Positions 41,840 through 52,449 of a stretch of DNA of 64,000 nucleotides are shown piece by piece. The position numbers were made by a program, and so were the translations under genes. Where the stretch lies: positions 21,435-85,434 of the forward strand of contig JACDBH010000006.1 in assembly GCA_013694995.1 (NCBI GenBank). Direction: 5' to 3'. Position 1 is the stretch's first letter. Each line of letters opens with the position of its first letter. Source of the stretch: Candidatus Saccharimonadota bacterium (GTDB taxonomy: Bacteria > Patescibacteriota > Saccharimonadia > Saccharimonadales > JACDBH01). Below the pieces are notes generated by a model that worked only from the letters and a program-made list of their open reading frames with translations, did no database searches and was not told the origin of the DNA.

Positions 41840-42754
41840 ATGAATAAAGACCAGTATTTTATAAGCGAAAAGATGCTTGATGTTGGTGAAGGTCACACGC
41901 TGTACATTCAAGAGTGGGGCAAGCCCGATTCATCTAACCCTATTGTCTTTCTACACGGCGGACCAGGAAGCCAAGTTAAAGATAAGCATAAAGGGGCGTT
42001 TGACCCGAAAACCCAGCGCGTAATCTTCTTTGACCAGCGCGGCTGTGGCAAAAGCACTCCTTATGGCTCACTTGAGAACAATACTACCGACAAGCTGATT
42101 GAAGACATATCAAAAATAGCAGACACTTTTAATGCAAAAACTTTTGTTCTTCACGGCAGCTCTTGGGGGTCAACGCTCGCGCTGGCTTACGCGCTTGCAC
42201 ATCCTGAGCGCGTACACGCCTTAGTCATCGGTGGCATATTTACTGGCTCAAAAGCAGAGGCAAACTGGATTGATAAAGGGCATTTCAAAACATTCTTTCC
42301 TGATGTCTGGCAAGACTACCTTGATAGAACCCCAGCCGAACACCACAATGACCCAAGCAAATACCACTTTGATAAAGTCGTTAATGGTACGACTAAGGAA
42401 CAGAAGTTATCGGGTTACGCGTATGATTGTCTTGAGGCGGGCGTTATCCAGCTTAGTGACCGATACGAGGCAGAGGATTTCGGGGAATACGACCCCACAG
42501 GTATACGACTTGAGATGCACTATCTATCAAATGGATGCTTTCTACCAGACCGTCACATACTAGATAAGGCTGACAAGCTAAGTATGCCCGTTCATATTGT
42601 GCAAGGTCGCTATGATATGGTCTGCCCACCTCATACCGCTTACGAACTAAATGCTAAGTTACCAAACAGTAAATTGTATTGGACCTTGAGCGGTCATAAG
42701 CACGAACACGAAGGCGAGAATATCTTTAGAAGTATCTTTGCCTCTCTTGTCTAA
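41840..42754 (+). CDS. pip: prolyl aminopeptidase (proline iminopeptidase), alpha/beta hydrolase
   Basis: HGGPGS oxyanion motif, the GSSWGS nucleophile elbow and a C-terminal GH. 304 aa. Confidence 0.8.
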   Translation: MNKDQYFISEKMLDVGEGHTLYIQEWGKPDSSNPIVFLHGGPGSQVKDKHKGAFDPKTQRVIFFDQRGCGKSTPYGSLENNTTDKLIEDISKIADTFNAKTFVLHGSSWGSTLALAYALAHPERVHALVIGGIFTGSKAEANWIDKGHFKTFFPDVWQDYLDRTPAEHHNDPSKYHFDKVVNGTTKEQKLSGYAYDCLEAGVIQLSDRYEAEDFGEYDPTGIRLEMHYLSNGCFLPDRHILDKADKLSMPVHIVQGRYDMVCPPHTAYELNAKLPNSKLYWTLSGHKHEHEGENIFRSIFASLV

Positions 42755-42997
42755 TGGAGGTATAGTAGTTAGCTGTTTCAAACGCTTTCGTCTTATACAC
42801 TAGCCACCTTAGAGTACATAGCTAACCTCAGTTAGCGTACTGGCTCTAATCCTTCCCAGACAACGGCGTGTACTGTCCCAGCCCTCTGCAATATCTGCTA
42901 GGATATCTCAAGCGGGCGTGTTTCAAATAAGCTAAGATCATTCCCACCATAACCAATTTCAAACGATTTAACGAGTCTCGCTTCGGGTAAAATTCAC

Positions 42998-43960
42998 TTA
43001 AATTCGGGCTTGGCGGCGCTTGCGGTAGAACATTGTCAGTACGCCGTTTGCATAGACAATAGTAATGACTGCCATGATGCCAAAAGACAAGACTTTGTGT
43101 ATGCCAACTGAGTGTTGAATCGCGCGAGATAGTAAAAATTCCGCGGTTAATACAACGGATAAAATCCCATATACAGCTGTTAGAAACAGTTTGCCTTTGC
43201 TGCTAAGGAGTTGGCGGGTGCGTTTAATAACCTGCTTGTAGGACAAGTTTCGTTCAAACAGCGCGACCAGAGGCATAAGGCCATAATTTACAAGTACATA
43301 AAAGCTGATAGCTACGGCCGCAATAATGTAATAAGGCAACAGCTTAAGCGTTTCCTCTTGAGTAGTTTTGAACGCAAGGAAGTGTATCAGCCCAATAACA
43401 GCTATAGCCAATACCGGTACGGCAATCATCGATAAAAGCATCAGCCAAGAAACGGTGGTCCTGCCAATATTGTGCAGGCCGTCGTAAAGAGTGGCGCGAA
43501 CAGAGCGGATTCTTTTACTATTTGCACCCTGCATGATGGCAACCGACATAGAGTTAAGGATAAAAGCCAGGACCCACGCGAAGGCTGCGGTTAGCGAGCT
43601 GGCGGCAATAAGTGAAATTAAAAACATGTTTGCCCCGCTGGCTTCGGATATGAAGTAAGCTGTCATGAAGAATGCATAAGTCATCTCTGTGGCAATCATG
43701 ACATAGACATAGCCTAAGATTGCGGCAATTACGGTAACCGCTATAAATATATCCTCATTACGACGGATTGACTGCTTTAAATCACCGTTGGCGGTAGCTA
43801 GAAAATACTGGCGGCGATACCACGACAAACTTAGGCGTTTTGTTCTACGGACGTTGGCTTTAGTTAACCGCTGAGCCCGCAATTTGAGCGCTTTAATATT
43901 ACGGCTTGTGGGCAGCCGGGTTAACCTGGTTAGATATTCAGCTTGTAACTGCGTGATCAT
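42998..43960 (-). CDS. polytopic membrane protein, unknown function
   Basis: 320 aa with a basic N-terminus and about 7 TM helices. Confidence 0.55.
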   Translation of the reverse strand: MITQLQAEYLTRLTRLPTSRNIKALKLRAQRLTKANVRRTKRLSLSWYRRQYFLATANGDLKQSIRRNEDIFIAVTVIAAILGYVYVMIATEMTYAFFMTAYFISEASGANMFLISLIAASSLTAAFAWVLAFILNSMSVAIMQGANSKRIRSVRATLYDGLHNIGRTTVSWLMLLSMIAVPVLAIAVIGLIHFLAFKTTQEETLKLLPYYIIAAVAISFYVLVNYGLMPLVALFERNLSYKQVIKRTRQLLSSKGKLFLTAVYGILSVVLTAEFLLSRAIQHSVGIHKVLSFGIMAVITIVYANGVLTMFYRKRRQARI

Positions 43961-44159
43961 CTATTTTTAGTCTCCTTAGGTGGAGATGCTTGTAAGTTGC
44001 TTACAAGAACCCACACCAATTGTTCCACATTATTTTGATACATTATAGCATATATTGTTACTAGAGTCAATATTAACTGATCACAATGTTCCCTGCAGCT
44101 ATTCAAATATGAAATAAGGGAATATAATAGCTGCAATATTTAAACAAAGGCTCATTAAA

Positions 44160-44480
44160 ATGGGTGAAAAAGCAGAATTTCCTAAGGAAATGTATTATCC
44201 AGAGGAGATAAAGGAATATCAAGCTATTGTAGACGAAAGAATTGCATCGGGTGCACCAACCTGGATAGAAGAAGGGATTGGCGACAATGAAGGACGCATC
44301 TTATATTTTTTCAAAAATAAGGATCTCCAGGGTTGTATAGCTCAATTAAATGAATCCAGGAAGTGCGAAGTCTATAGAACTATAGTCCGCGACGACAGTA
44401 TAATTAGAGAGTCTCTTAGCGAAGAGCAGGTTGTATTTGAAGAGGCTGTGCGGCTTTTACAGGATGCTATAGCTGCCTAA
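44160..44480 (+). CDS. hypothetical cytoplasmic protein
   Basis: 106-aa ORF. No motif recognised. Confidence 0.5.
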   Translation: MGEKAEFPKEMYYPEEIKEYQAIVDERIASGAPTWIEEGIGDNEGRILYFFKNKDLQGCIAQLNESRKCEVYRTIVRDDSIIRESLSEEQVVFEEAVRLLQDAIAA

Positions 44481-44498
44481 AAGACTTGTGTTGGTAAC

Positions 44499-45332
44499 TT
44501 AAACGTTTTTAATCGTACCGGCGAGTTGCTGAAGAATTAAAAAGCGTGAGTCGGTTTTCTTGAACAATTGGCTCAGGTCGGCGTCTTCGAGCTTTTCGTA
44601 ATCGGTCAGGCCATCTTCGGTTTCAAACTCTGCACCCAGCGGGTCGCCGTCTTGGTAGAACTGTATGACTTCATAGACAGTGTTGCCAGGAATTGTAACC
44701 GTATATAGCAGTCTGGTTTTCGGGACATCACTGCACATATCAGCACAGTACGTTACATATGCAAATTGAGTATTGGTGTCTACGAAAATATTAGTAGCAG
44801 GTGCGTTTTCTTTTGCCTGTTTAGCATCATCGAGACTTTTGATTCCGGCTTCACCAAAACCACCATGGCCCATCTCAGGGTCATGCGTCCAGTCAACCGA
44901 CATAATTCCTGCTACAACCGTATCATTTTGGCTGAATGTTAATATTTTCTGACTGCCCTTGGTTAGGTGTTTCATCCGCTCTTCTTCACCTTGCTTAAAT
45001 ATAACTTCACCCCATGTTTCTGGGTAGGCAAAACTTAGGCTAGCGGCTTCGTTTTTGTACTCCTTAAAGCCGGCGGGAATTGTATCGGCTTCTATTAGGG
45101 GCAAGTCTGAAGCATTCTGTTCGGACTGGTTAGCTGCCGGTGGTACTTCATCATCTTGCTTAACTGCCAGCACGGCGATAAATGCTCCGGCAATAAAGAG
45201 CACAAAAAGCACAAGGGCTATGATTAACGGTGTTAGGAAGCTTTTCTTCGGGGGCAGTATTACTTGTTTGGGTTCTACGGGCGGTGTTGCCGGCTCTACC
45301 GGACGACTTGGTTCATGTTCATCGGGGTTCAT
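44499..45332 (-). CDS. membrane-anchored extracytoplasmic protein, unknown function
   Basis: Pro-rich N-terminus, a TM (LIIALVLFVLFIAGAFIAVLAV) and a soluble domain. Confidence 0.5.
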   Translation of the reverse strand: MNPDEHEPSRPVEPATPPVEPKQVILPPKKSFLTPLIIALVLFVLFIAGAFIAVLAVKQDDEVPPAANQSEQNASDLPLIEADTIPAGFKEYKNEAASLSFAYPETWGEVIFKQGEEERMKHLTKGSQKILTFSQNDTVVAGIMSVDWTHDPEMGHGGFGEAGIKSLDDAKQAKENAPATNIFVDTNTQFAYVTYCADMCSDVPKTRLLYTVTIPGNTVYEVIQFYQDGDPLGAEFETEDGLTDYEKLEDADLSQLFKKTDSRFLILQQLAGTIKNV

Positions 45333-45382
45333 TAGATTCTCCTCACTTATACTTAAATTATACGCTAAAGCTACTAGCTAAT

Positions 45383-46267
45383 TTAAATAATCGTCGCCAG
45401 GGCCTTATGGGCGGATTCCACAGTTACTTCACTGCCGCCTTTGAGTTCCATGACTTCCCCATCCAGCTGCATCGGCATCTTGCGGATAGCGATAAACACG
45501 TAGCTAGTCTCCCGCCGAGTGGTATTTAGGTTACTAACAGCGGCTTTCACCAGTTTTTTGACCAGTTTACGTTTGTGGCTGCTGGGGAATGTCACCACCT
45601 CGAACTTACCATCATCTGGGCGGTTTTCTGGTGCAAGTGTCAGGACTTTAGCCATCTGATTAATATTGCCAAATAGCAAACTGTCTAGCCGAAAAACCTT
45701 GCCTTTATGCTTGATCCTAAAAGGACGGTACTTGCGGAATGTTTTTAGAACCAAAAGTATTTCTTTGAATGCATTCAGTGTGTGCTTATTGAGTTCAGTT
45801 GCAATCACAGGCGTCAGGCCAAGTCCAACGTAGGAATGCGCGTAACGGGTTACCGGTTCCAGTTTTGGACCTTTGGCAGTGACTTTTATGAGATCTATTT
45901 GGGTGACTATACCCTTTTTTATTTCCACCGAAAGGGGATTATCCTGCATGGTACGGCTATGGTCATTGGCATTGCCGGCAGGTAGTACAGCCGTGATTGC
46001 GCTCGGGTTGCCAGCGTCCATGACGCCGTTCACCACCTCGTTATAGCCACCGTCGCCGCTTGATGAAACGATAAGCGGGCATTTTGCCGACTTGGCAATT
46101 TGGCAGGCCAGCTCGCGGGCATGGCCGACATACTTGGTTGGTATCCGCTCAATTTTAAGATCGGGGAATTTAGGCCGCAACGATTTTTGCAGTTCTGCGG
46201 CCATTGCTTTGCTGTTCCCGGTGCTGTTGGGATTATAAATAATACTGATACGCGAATAATTTACCAT
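45383..46267 (-). CDS. diacylglycerol kinase family lipid kinase (YegS/DagK-like)
   Basis: The DAGK_cat pattern: IIYNPNS..., PLIVSSSGDGGYNEVVNG (a GDG[TG] motif variant) and LPAGNANDHSR. Confidence 0.75.
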   Translation of the reverse strand: MVNYSRISIIYNPNSTGNSKAMAAELQKSLRPKFPDLKIERIPTKYVGHARELACQIAKSAKCPLIVSSSGDGGYNEVVNGVMDAGNPSAITAVLPAGNANDHSRTMQDNPLSVEIKKGIVTQIDLIKVTAKGPKLEPVTRYAHSYVGLGLTPVIATELNKHTLNAFKEILLVLKTFRKYRPFRIKHKGKVFRLDSLLFGNINQMAKVLTLAPENRPDDGKFEVVTFPSSHKRKLVKKLVKAAVSNLNTTRRETSYVFIAIRKMPMQLDGEVMELKGGSEVTVESAHKALATII

Positions 46268-46324
46268 TACCTCAACATAATAGCTGTGATTTGTACAGAT
46301 TAATAGGGTAAATCTTACTTTCCA

Positions 46325-47080
46325 TTAATTAGCGTCGCGTTTCAAAAAGAGATACCAGCCAATTGCCCAGCCGACTATAAGATATACCGCAAATAGCGCT
46401 GCAGCCCTAAGCGGCGTCATTGCGCCATCCTCAATACGGGCAGAACCTAAAACTTGATGGAGTGTTGTGAGTGGCAAATAGATATTGTTGTGTTTTAGTA
46501 GCAGACCTAGCAGGGCCTCGACTGTTCCTAGCCCAAAGAGCAATAGGACAATAGCAGCGGCAAGATTGCGGGTAAGAACTGCAAATAGTGCGCCAAGAAG
46601 ACTGTAACCTACCGTATAGAATACCGACTTACCAATGGTTGCGAGTGGCGAGAAAACTTGTGGCGCCAATGTGCCGCCACGCAGAGACACGCCAAGCAGA
46701 TACATCAGTAGTCCAACTCCAATCATAAGTAGGGCAAAAACGGCGCTGTAGGCAGCTGCAGCTAGTAATTTTGCAGCCAGCGCCTTGGTGCGGCTGTTGG
46801 TAGCAGTCAAAGTGTGCATAATGGTGTTATAGCGATATTCGTGGACAAAGAATAAGATTAAAACAACGGCTGCAAAGCTGGCGGTAATATTACCGACATT
46901 TGGGATAAGTTCTGTAAAAGCGTCCTTACTCAAAGCCGATGTGGCCATTTCGCCTTCACCCTTGTACCCTTCTACATACAGGGCAAAGAAAGTGGTTATA
47001 ATTGCTGCGATAAGAGCCAAAACATAAGTTGAGCGGACAGTTGCAAGCTTCAGAAATTCTGATTTTAAGCTGTTGCGCAT
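46325..47080 (-). CDS. ABC-2 type transporter permease
   Basis: 251 aa, 6 TM. Its start overlaps the stop of the ATPase gene. Confidence 0.7.
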   Translation of the reverse strand: MRNSLKSEFLKLATVRSTYVLALIAAIITTFFALYVEGYKGEGEMATSALSKDAFTELIPNVGNITASFAAVVLILFFVHEYRYNTIMHTLTATNSRTKALAAKLLAAAAYSAVFALLMIGVGLLMYLLGVSLRGGTLAPQVFSPLATIGKSVFYTVGYSLLGALFAVLTRNLAAAIVLLLFGLGTVEALLGLLLKHNNIYLPLTTLHQVLGSARIEDGAMTPLRAAALFAVYLIVGWAIGWYLFLKRDAN

Positions 47081-47991
47081 TACGCGTTGACCTTTCCTTT
47101 GCCCTGGTATTCCTGTGCTCCAGCTGTGAGTTCCAAGAAAGCTTCCTCTAGAGTGGCAGTATGCTTAGTTAATTCCAGAATTGGTACACCAGATTCATAT
47201 GCCAATTTGCCGATGTCGTCTATCTTCATATTCTGAACAGTAAAACCGCCATTTAGCTTTTTGTATAAAGCCTTTTGCTGTTTAAGTACTCTCTCCAGCT
47301 TGGACTCGGCACTGGTTCGGACAAACACGCCGGCATGACCACTGCCAGAAACTAGACTGTCCATCGAAGTGCTTGCAATCAGTTTGCCTTTGCCGATGAC
47401 AACGACGTCGTCAGCCATTTGCGCCATTTCGCTTAATAAGTGCGACGAAACAAAAACTGCGTTGCCCTTATCGGCGTAGCTTTTTAGGAATTCGCGCAGC
47501 CAAGCAATACCCTCTGGATCCAAGCCGTTGGCGGGTTCATCTAATACTAGGTACTTGGGGTTGCCGAGGATTGCAGCCGCAATACCAAGCCGCTGGCTCA
47601 TGCCCAAGCTAAATTTGCCGGGCCTTTTTTTGGCTACTTCCGTAAGGCCAACTAGTTCCAGCACGTCATCAACGCGTTTTTCACTGACACCTCCGGCTGC
47701 GGCTAATACTCTCAGGTGGTTTCGGGCGGTACGGGTCGGATGAAAGGCTTTGGCTTCCAGCAAAACACCAACGACATGGGCCGGATTTGCAAACTTATGC
47801 AATCGCTTGCCGTCAAAAGTCGTCCGACCTGGGCCGTTGTCGAGTCCAAGCATTAGGCGCATTGCCGTAGATTTACCGGCACCGTTGGGACCCAAGAACC
47901 CCGTGACTTTTCCAGTAGCAACTTCAAACGACACGTCATCGACCGCCTGCTTTTTGCGGTAGCGTTTACTGAGGTGTTCCGCCTTGATCAT
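47080..47991 (-). CDS. ABC transporter ATP-binding protein
   Basis: Walker A GPNGAGKST, signature FSLGMSQRL, Walker B LVLDEP. Start reassigned to MIKAEHLSKRY (ATG at 47991). The track's longer ORF to 48153 overlaps dus. Confidence 0.85.
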   Translation of the reverse strand: MIKAEHLSKRYRKKQAVDDVSFEVATGKVTGFLGPNGAGKSTAMRLMLGLDNGPGRTTFDGKRLHKFANPAHVVGVLLEAKAFHPTRTARNHLRVLAAAGGVSEKRVDDVLELVGLTEVAKKRPGKFSLGMSQRLGIAAAILGNPKYLVLDEPANGLDPEGIAWLREFLKSYADKGNAVFVSSHLLSEMAQMADDVVVIGKGKLIASTSMDSLVSGSGHAGVFVRTSAESKLERVLKQQKALYKKLNGGFTVQNMKIDDIGKLAYESGVPILELTKHTATLEEAFLELTAGAQEYQGKGKVNA

Positions 47992-48008
47992 TTGTATTAA
48001 ATTATAGC

Positions 48009-49043
48009 TTATTGCTGCAGATGTTGGTATAGCTCGGTGATTGTTTGGCAGTTCATGAGTTTTTCGCGCATTTCCTTGGCACCGTCGAAGCCACTGATGT
48101 ACACCTTGCAGAATTTGTTGAGGGTGTGGAGAGGCCGCTCGCCTTCTCGCCACGTATCAGCAAACAGCTCAACATGCTCCCTAAACAACTTAATTTTACC
48201 TATTACATCATAATTTTCCCATTTCCGAGGTCCGTCCTCGGAAAGACAGAAGGGGTTTTCGAAGAGGCCGCGGCCGATCATAATTCCGTCCAAGTCATAC
48301 TCTTTTGCAAGTTTACGGCCTTGTTGCTTAGTTAGAATGTCCCCATTACCAATAATAAGTGTGTCTTTTGCAATTTTGTCGCGAATCTTGACGATTTCGC
48401 CTATAGCATCCCAGTGCGCTGGTACTTTGCTCATTTCCCTTCTGGTACGGCCATGGATTGTAAGCATATCAAGATTGTGGCCAAGTAAAAATTCATGCCA
48501 GCTATAATCAATCTCACTCCATCCGAGCCGTGTCTTGACCGATACGGGCATCTTGCCCGCCCCACGCTTGGTGGCTTTGATGATTTCGTGCGCTAAGGGT
48601 CGGTTATTCATAAGGGCGCTGCAGGTGCCATTTTTTACTTCTGATTTGGCAGGACATCCCATATTTAAATCGACACCCTTAAAGTTGATGCCACTAGGCA
48701 AACCAAGTTCGCGCGCAAATGTGCCGTCGGCAATCTCACTGGCTGTTTTCTCAAAGTTTTCAGGTATAAGTCCCCACAGCTGGGCAATAAGCGGGCCTTC
48801 TGTTGCTGCAAACCTAAGCTTTTTGAGCAATTTTGGACGACCTGGAGATTGCAAGCCGTCAACATTCACAAACTCTGTAAAGTATAAATCGGCGGGCGCA
48901 TTGGTATGAACTACCTGGCGGAAAACTGTATCCGTCACGTCATCCATCGGAGCCAATGCGAAGAATGGCTTAGGCAATGTATTAAGTATCAACTTACTCT
49001 GTTTTGGCACGGCCAAGAATATCGTCAAACCCGCCTTCAACAA
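48009..49043 (-). CDS. dus: tRNA-dihydrouridine synthase
   Basis: FALAPMDDVTDTVFRQ, DLNMGCP (catalytic Cys) and the HGRT motif. A TTG at 48992, just after the upstream stop, is a plausible alternative start that avoids the 50-nt overlap. Confidence 0.8.
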   Translation of the reverse strand: MLKAGLTIFLAVPKQSKLILNTLPKPFFALAPMDDVTDTVFRQVVHTNAPADLYFTEFVNVDGLQSPGRPKLLKKLRFAATEGPLIAQLWGLIPENFEKTASEIADGTFARELGLPSGINFKGVDLNMGCPAKSEVKNGTCSALMNNRPLAHEIIKATKRGAGKMPVSVKTRLGWSEIDYSWHEFLLGHNLDMLTIHGRTRREMSKVPAHWDAIGEIVKIRDKIAKDTLIIGNGDILTKQQGRKLAKEYDLDGIMIGRGLFENPFCLSEDGPRKWENYDVIGKIKLFREHVELFADTWREGERPLHTLNKFCKVYISGFDGAKEMREKLMNCQTITELYQHLQQ

Positions 49044-49788
49044 TTGGTTTAAGTTTTGGATAGTGCTTGCTTATCTCTGATAGCCGCTCGGCAAAAAATA
49101 TATACCGATTTGCTTCAGATTCTTTTGCGTAGCTTAGAACCTTTTTGGCCTGGTGCACTCGCCAACTGGCAATTGCTTCATCGACATAGAACATTATGCC
49201 GCCATTCTCTGAATCATATACCACGCTTTGTGGATCGTAGCCAATCTCCTTGATACCGTTCATGCCAGAATGTCTTAGCATTGCTAAATCATAAAATCTT
49301 AATAACGGTAAAAGACCTGACTGATCCCTCGAAACAACAAGGTTGAGAACGAGCTCAGGGTTTGCAACCTCGAGTATAAGGTCAAGTTCGTACAGTGACG
49401 CCCCGCTACACTGCGCATCTTTAGCGTAATTAATATAATCTCTTGTCAGTTTGCGAGCTGTCCGCATGGGATCTTCCATTTTTATTTTTCTTTGACGAGC
49501 AACGACTTCTGCAAGATGCTTAGCGGCTCCGCCCGGCTTGCCAATAAAACTCTCCAGTCCCATCGCTTCGACTTGTTCAGGCTTTGAGGCAGGCAAAAAA
49601 CCCTCTACCCTATAAATAACCTCAATCCGCTGAAATCTATCTAGTTCAGAATAACCATAAAATGGTAAGGCAGGCTCAAGAGTTATGCCAGCCTTCGCTG
49701 CTACACCCATTTTAAAAGGACGATCCAGGATTGGATGAATATCTGGTGCAATATCAAAAAGTTGGGGGTCAGTATTTGGTGACGCCAT
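48994..49788 (-). CDS. hypothetical protein
   Basis: 264-aa ORF in a co-directional block. No motif recognised. Confidence 0.5.
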   Translation of the reverse strand: MASPNTDPQLFDIAPDIHPILDRPFKMGVAAKAGITLEPALPFYGYSELDRFQRIEVIYRVEGFLPASKPEQVEAMGLESFIGKPGGAAKHLAEVVARQRKIKMEDPMRTARKLTRDYINYAKDAQCSGASLYELDLILEVANPELVLNLVVSRDQSGLLPLLRFYDLAMLRHSGMNGIKEIGYDPQSVVYDSENGGIMFYVDEAIASWRVHQAKKVLSYAKESEANRYIFFAERLSEISKHYPKLKPIVEGGFDDILGRAKTE

Positions 49789-49797
49789 ATTTATTCC

Positions 49798-50247
49798 CTA
49801 CTTGTTACGAGGATTTTTATAGGCAGATGGGTGGCGTGGGCGGGCATCAGCGGCACGGCGAGCGCGCTCTGCAGCATATAAATCTGCGCTCAAGACTTCA
49901 TGCTCCCGTCGACGTGATGGATTGCTCCGTTTAGGATCACCAAAGTTGGCATTATAATCAACTACAGCATCGGTAGACGCCTCGCCTACTTCAAACCTAG
50001 CTTGGCCGGCTTTTGCTCGACTGCCAAGTTCAGCTCGTTGTGGGATAATCTCAGGCTCTAAATGGGTAACTGCGACTTCGCCTATCGTGCCATATTCATC
50101 ATGAATTAATCTTAGTGCCCGCTCATTCGCCTTTTTTTGCACAAAGCTTAACTCTGTATCATGGGGTATATCATCAAGGTGCACGACATCACCATCCTCA
50201 TTGACGGGGACCTTGCTTGGATCAAGATAAAGGGGATTTTCAGCCAT
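49798..50247 (-). CDS. hypothetical protein with a basic C-terminal tail
   Basis: 149-aa ORF. Arg-rich C-terminus (RRREHEV...ERARRAADARPRHPSAYKNPRNK). Confidence 0.5.
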   Translation of the reverse strand: MAENPLYLDPSKVPVNEDGDVVHLDDIPHDTELSFVQKKANERALRLIHDEYGTIGEVAVTHLEPEIIPQRAELGSRAKAGQARFEVGEASTDAVVDYNANFGDPKRSNPSRRREHEVLSADLYAAERARRAADARPRHPSAYKNPRNK

Positions 50248-50295
50248 ATATAACCATTATATCACACTTATGGCTATTTGTCTATAGATGACGAG

Positions 50296-51396
50296 CTACT
50301 CCCAGCGAAAGACATGGAAAGCAACGATATAAATTACCACTGTCCAGACCGCGATCAGTCCAAGCTGTGGAGTAATGTCAACTAGGTGCTTGCCTTCTGT
50401 CGCAATCAAACGTATACCATCAATAATAGGTGTTAGCGGCAAATAGTCCGACACTTTTTGCAACCAATCGGGCATAGCGTAACGCGGGAAAAAGGTGCCC
50501 GATAAAAACATCATCGGAAAGACAATTATATTAGCTAAAGGAGCAGCCTGACGCTCGTTCTTAGCCCAACCACCAATGGCAAGGCCAATACCGTAGATTG
50601 AAATGATGCCTAGGGCGATAAAGGCAGCAAGCTCAAGCCAGTTACCAACTACATTCAGGTCAAAAACCACTATAGCCACGATGAAAGAAACACTTATAGT
50701 TATCAGGCCGACTATAGCCTGTGACAGTACATTGGAGATAAAATACTGGGATACTTTGAGCGGCGTAGTGTGCAGACGGCGCAAAATACCCTGTTTCTTA
50801 AGTTCCGGAAAGACATTGATAGGACCAAAAATACCCAAGCCAATAATCGAAAAGCCGAGCAGCCCGGCAAAGGTGTAGTCGAAGCGCGACAAGCTGCGCT
50901 CGTTTAGCTGCTCAGTCTCTACCGTAAATGGTTCGCTAACAGCCACTAACTGACTGTTGATAGCTTTAAACTGGCCTTCGAGCACGGAAGTTAGCGCCCG
51001 GACGGATTGCTCATTATTGGCAGTATAAATTACCCGCGCCTGCCCATTAGGCGACCCACCACTTACTGCTCCAAAGTCGGCCGGCAACAAAATGGTGGCG
51101 TCAATTTCACTTCGTTTCATTTTCTCATTGGCCAACTCAAGGTTCTGCACTTCTTTGTCTATCTTAAATAGCTTGTTATTATTGGCATCTTCGACATATT
51201 GTTTGGCAAACTCGGACTGCGACTCATTAATGATGGCAACCTTAAACGACAAGTCACCCCCGCGGCTGATAGCGCCAAAGATGAAAAGGAAAATAAGTGG
51301 GAAGATTACTGTAAAAAATAGCGCCAGCCGGTCACGGAAGAAGCGTCGGGTGTTGAGTTTCGCAAAAGTCAGAATAGTGAAAAGATTCTTCTTCAT
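50296..51396 (-). CDS. ABC-2 type transporter permease with a large extracytoplasmic loop
   Basis: 366 aa. TM1, then a ~150-aa loop, then 5 TM, the typical ABC-2/YadH-like layout. Confidence 0.75.
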   Translation of the reverse strand: MKKNLFTILTFAKLNTRRFFRDRLALFFTVIFPLIFLFIFGAISRGGDLSFKVAIINESQSEFAKQYVEDANNNKLFKIDKEVQNLELANEKMKRSEIDATILLPADFGAVSGGSPNGQARVIYTANNEQSVRALTSVLEGQFKAINSQLVAVSEPFTVETEQLNERSLSRFDYTFAGLLGFSIIGLGIFGPINVFPELKKQGILRRLHTTPLKVSQYFISNVLSQAIVGLITISVSFIVAIVVFDLNVVGNWLELAAFIALGIISIYGIGLAIGGWAKNERQAAPLANIIVFPMMFLSGTFFPRYAMPDWLQKVSDYLPLTPIIDGIRLIATEGKHLVDITPQLGLIAVWTVVIYIVAFHVFRWE

Positions 51397-51398
51397 TT

Positions 51399-52166
51399 TT
51401 AATCCCTTAGATGCTTCCCTGTTAAGTCTATAAAAACATCCTCTAAGTTGGCTTGCTCGACAAGCTGTGTCTTCTTGAAGCCCTTGCCTAGTAGCTGTTT
51501 TACGAGGTTTTTAGGTGTATCGATAGCTATTATCTTACCGTTGTCCATAATAGCTACGCGGTCGCAAAGCAGCTCGGCCTCTTCCATATAGTGAGTAGTC
51601 ATGATAACCGTAATACCCCTGTCTCGGATATCAGAAACCAACTCCCACAAATTACGGCGGGCCTGCGGATCCAAGCCAGTGGTCGGTTCGTCCATAAAGA
51701 ATACCTTCGGGTTATGTACGAGGGCGGCGGCAATGCTGAAGCGCTGCTTTTGGCCACCGGAAAGCTGCTCGATATAACTATTGGCCTTATCAAGCAAGTT
51801 AACATCCTCCAAAAACTCCTTGGCATTAACCCGCTCACCATAAGCCGCAGCAAACATTTCCAACAGTTCAGTTAGCTTTGTCTTATCCTGGAAGGCCGGG
51901 CTCTGTGGCTGCACACCAATAATCTGGCGGATGCGGTCCGGGTCTTCGGCTACATTTATACCGTCAAGCAAGGCCTTGCCACCGTCAATCGGGCGCATAG
52001 CTTCAATCATCTCGAGCGTGGTTGTCTTGCCCGCGCCATTAGGGCCAAGGATTCCAAATATCTCTCCTTGCTTAACCTCAAAACTGATACCTTTAACGAC
52101 CGTTTTAGAGCCGTATTTTTTAGTCAGCTTATCAACCTTAAGAATATAGTCCGTTTTCTTCACCAT
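51399..52166 (-). CDS. ABC transporter ATP-binding protein (DrrA-like)
   Basis: Walker A GPNGAGKTT, signature LSGGQKQRF, Walker B FFMDEPTTGLD. Confidence 0.85.
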   Translation of the reverse strand: MVKKTDYILKVDKLTKKYGSKTVVKGISFEVKQGEIFGILGPNGAGKTTTLEMIEAMRPIDGGKALLDGINVAEDPDRIRQIIGVQPQSPAFQDKTKLTELLEMFAAAYGERVNAKEFLEDVNLLDKANSYIEQLSGGQKQRFSIAAALVHNPKVFFMDEPTTGLDPQARRNLWELVSDIRDRGITVIMTTHYMEEAELLCDRVAIMDNGKIIAIDTPKNLVKQLLGKGFKKTQLVEQANLEDVFIDLTGKHLRD

Positions 52167-52208
52167 GTATTAGCTTTAGTATAGCCTACAACATCAGTCA
52201 TTAGCCAA

Positions 52209-52236
52209 ATAAAAAAGCCCCAGGACGGAGCCTTTT
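52209..52236 (-). terminator. rho-independent terminator after 52252..52449
   Basis: The minus strand reads GGCTCC-GTCCT-GGGGCT (the stem includes G:U pairs), followed by TTTTTTATTTGG. Confidence 0.5.
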
Positions 52237-52251
52237 TATAAAAAACTAACC

Positions 52252-52449
52252 CTAGACTTTGCGCTTGACTGTCAAGAAACCATTGCGTGGGTTTTCGTTG
52301 ACTTCCATACCGTTAGGAAGGTCTGTTGCCTCTGGGCGCTGGTCTTTGCTGAAGTAATAGATTGTCTGCTCTTTACCGCCACGAAGAACAACTGCCTTTG
52401 AATTAAGATGATATGTTACACCTTTTGAGTTTGTGTGCTTATATGCCAT
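52252..52449 (-). CDS. small basic hypothetical protein
   Basis: 65-aa ORF, followed by a terminator. No motif recognised. Confidence 0.45.
   Translation of the reverse strand: MAYKHTNSKGVTYHLNSKAVVLRGGKEQTIYYFSKDQRPEATDLPNGMEVNENPRNGFLTVKRKV

Noticed and set aside
47992-48153. N-terminal 53-aa extension of the ABC ATPase ORF (the track start at 48153)
   Set aside because: The extension overlaps the 3' end of dus in another frame and is Arg/His/Gln-rich nonsense-like sequence. The canonical ABC N-terminus MIKAEHLSKRY starts at 47991.
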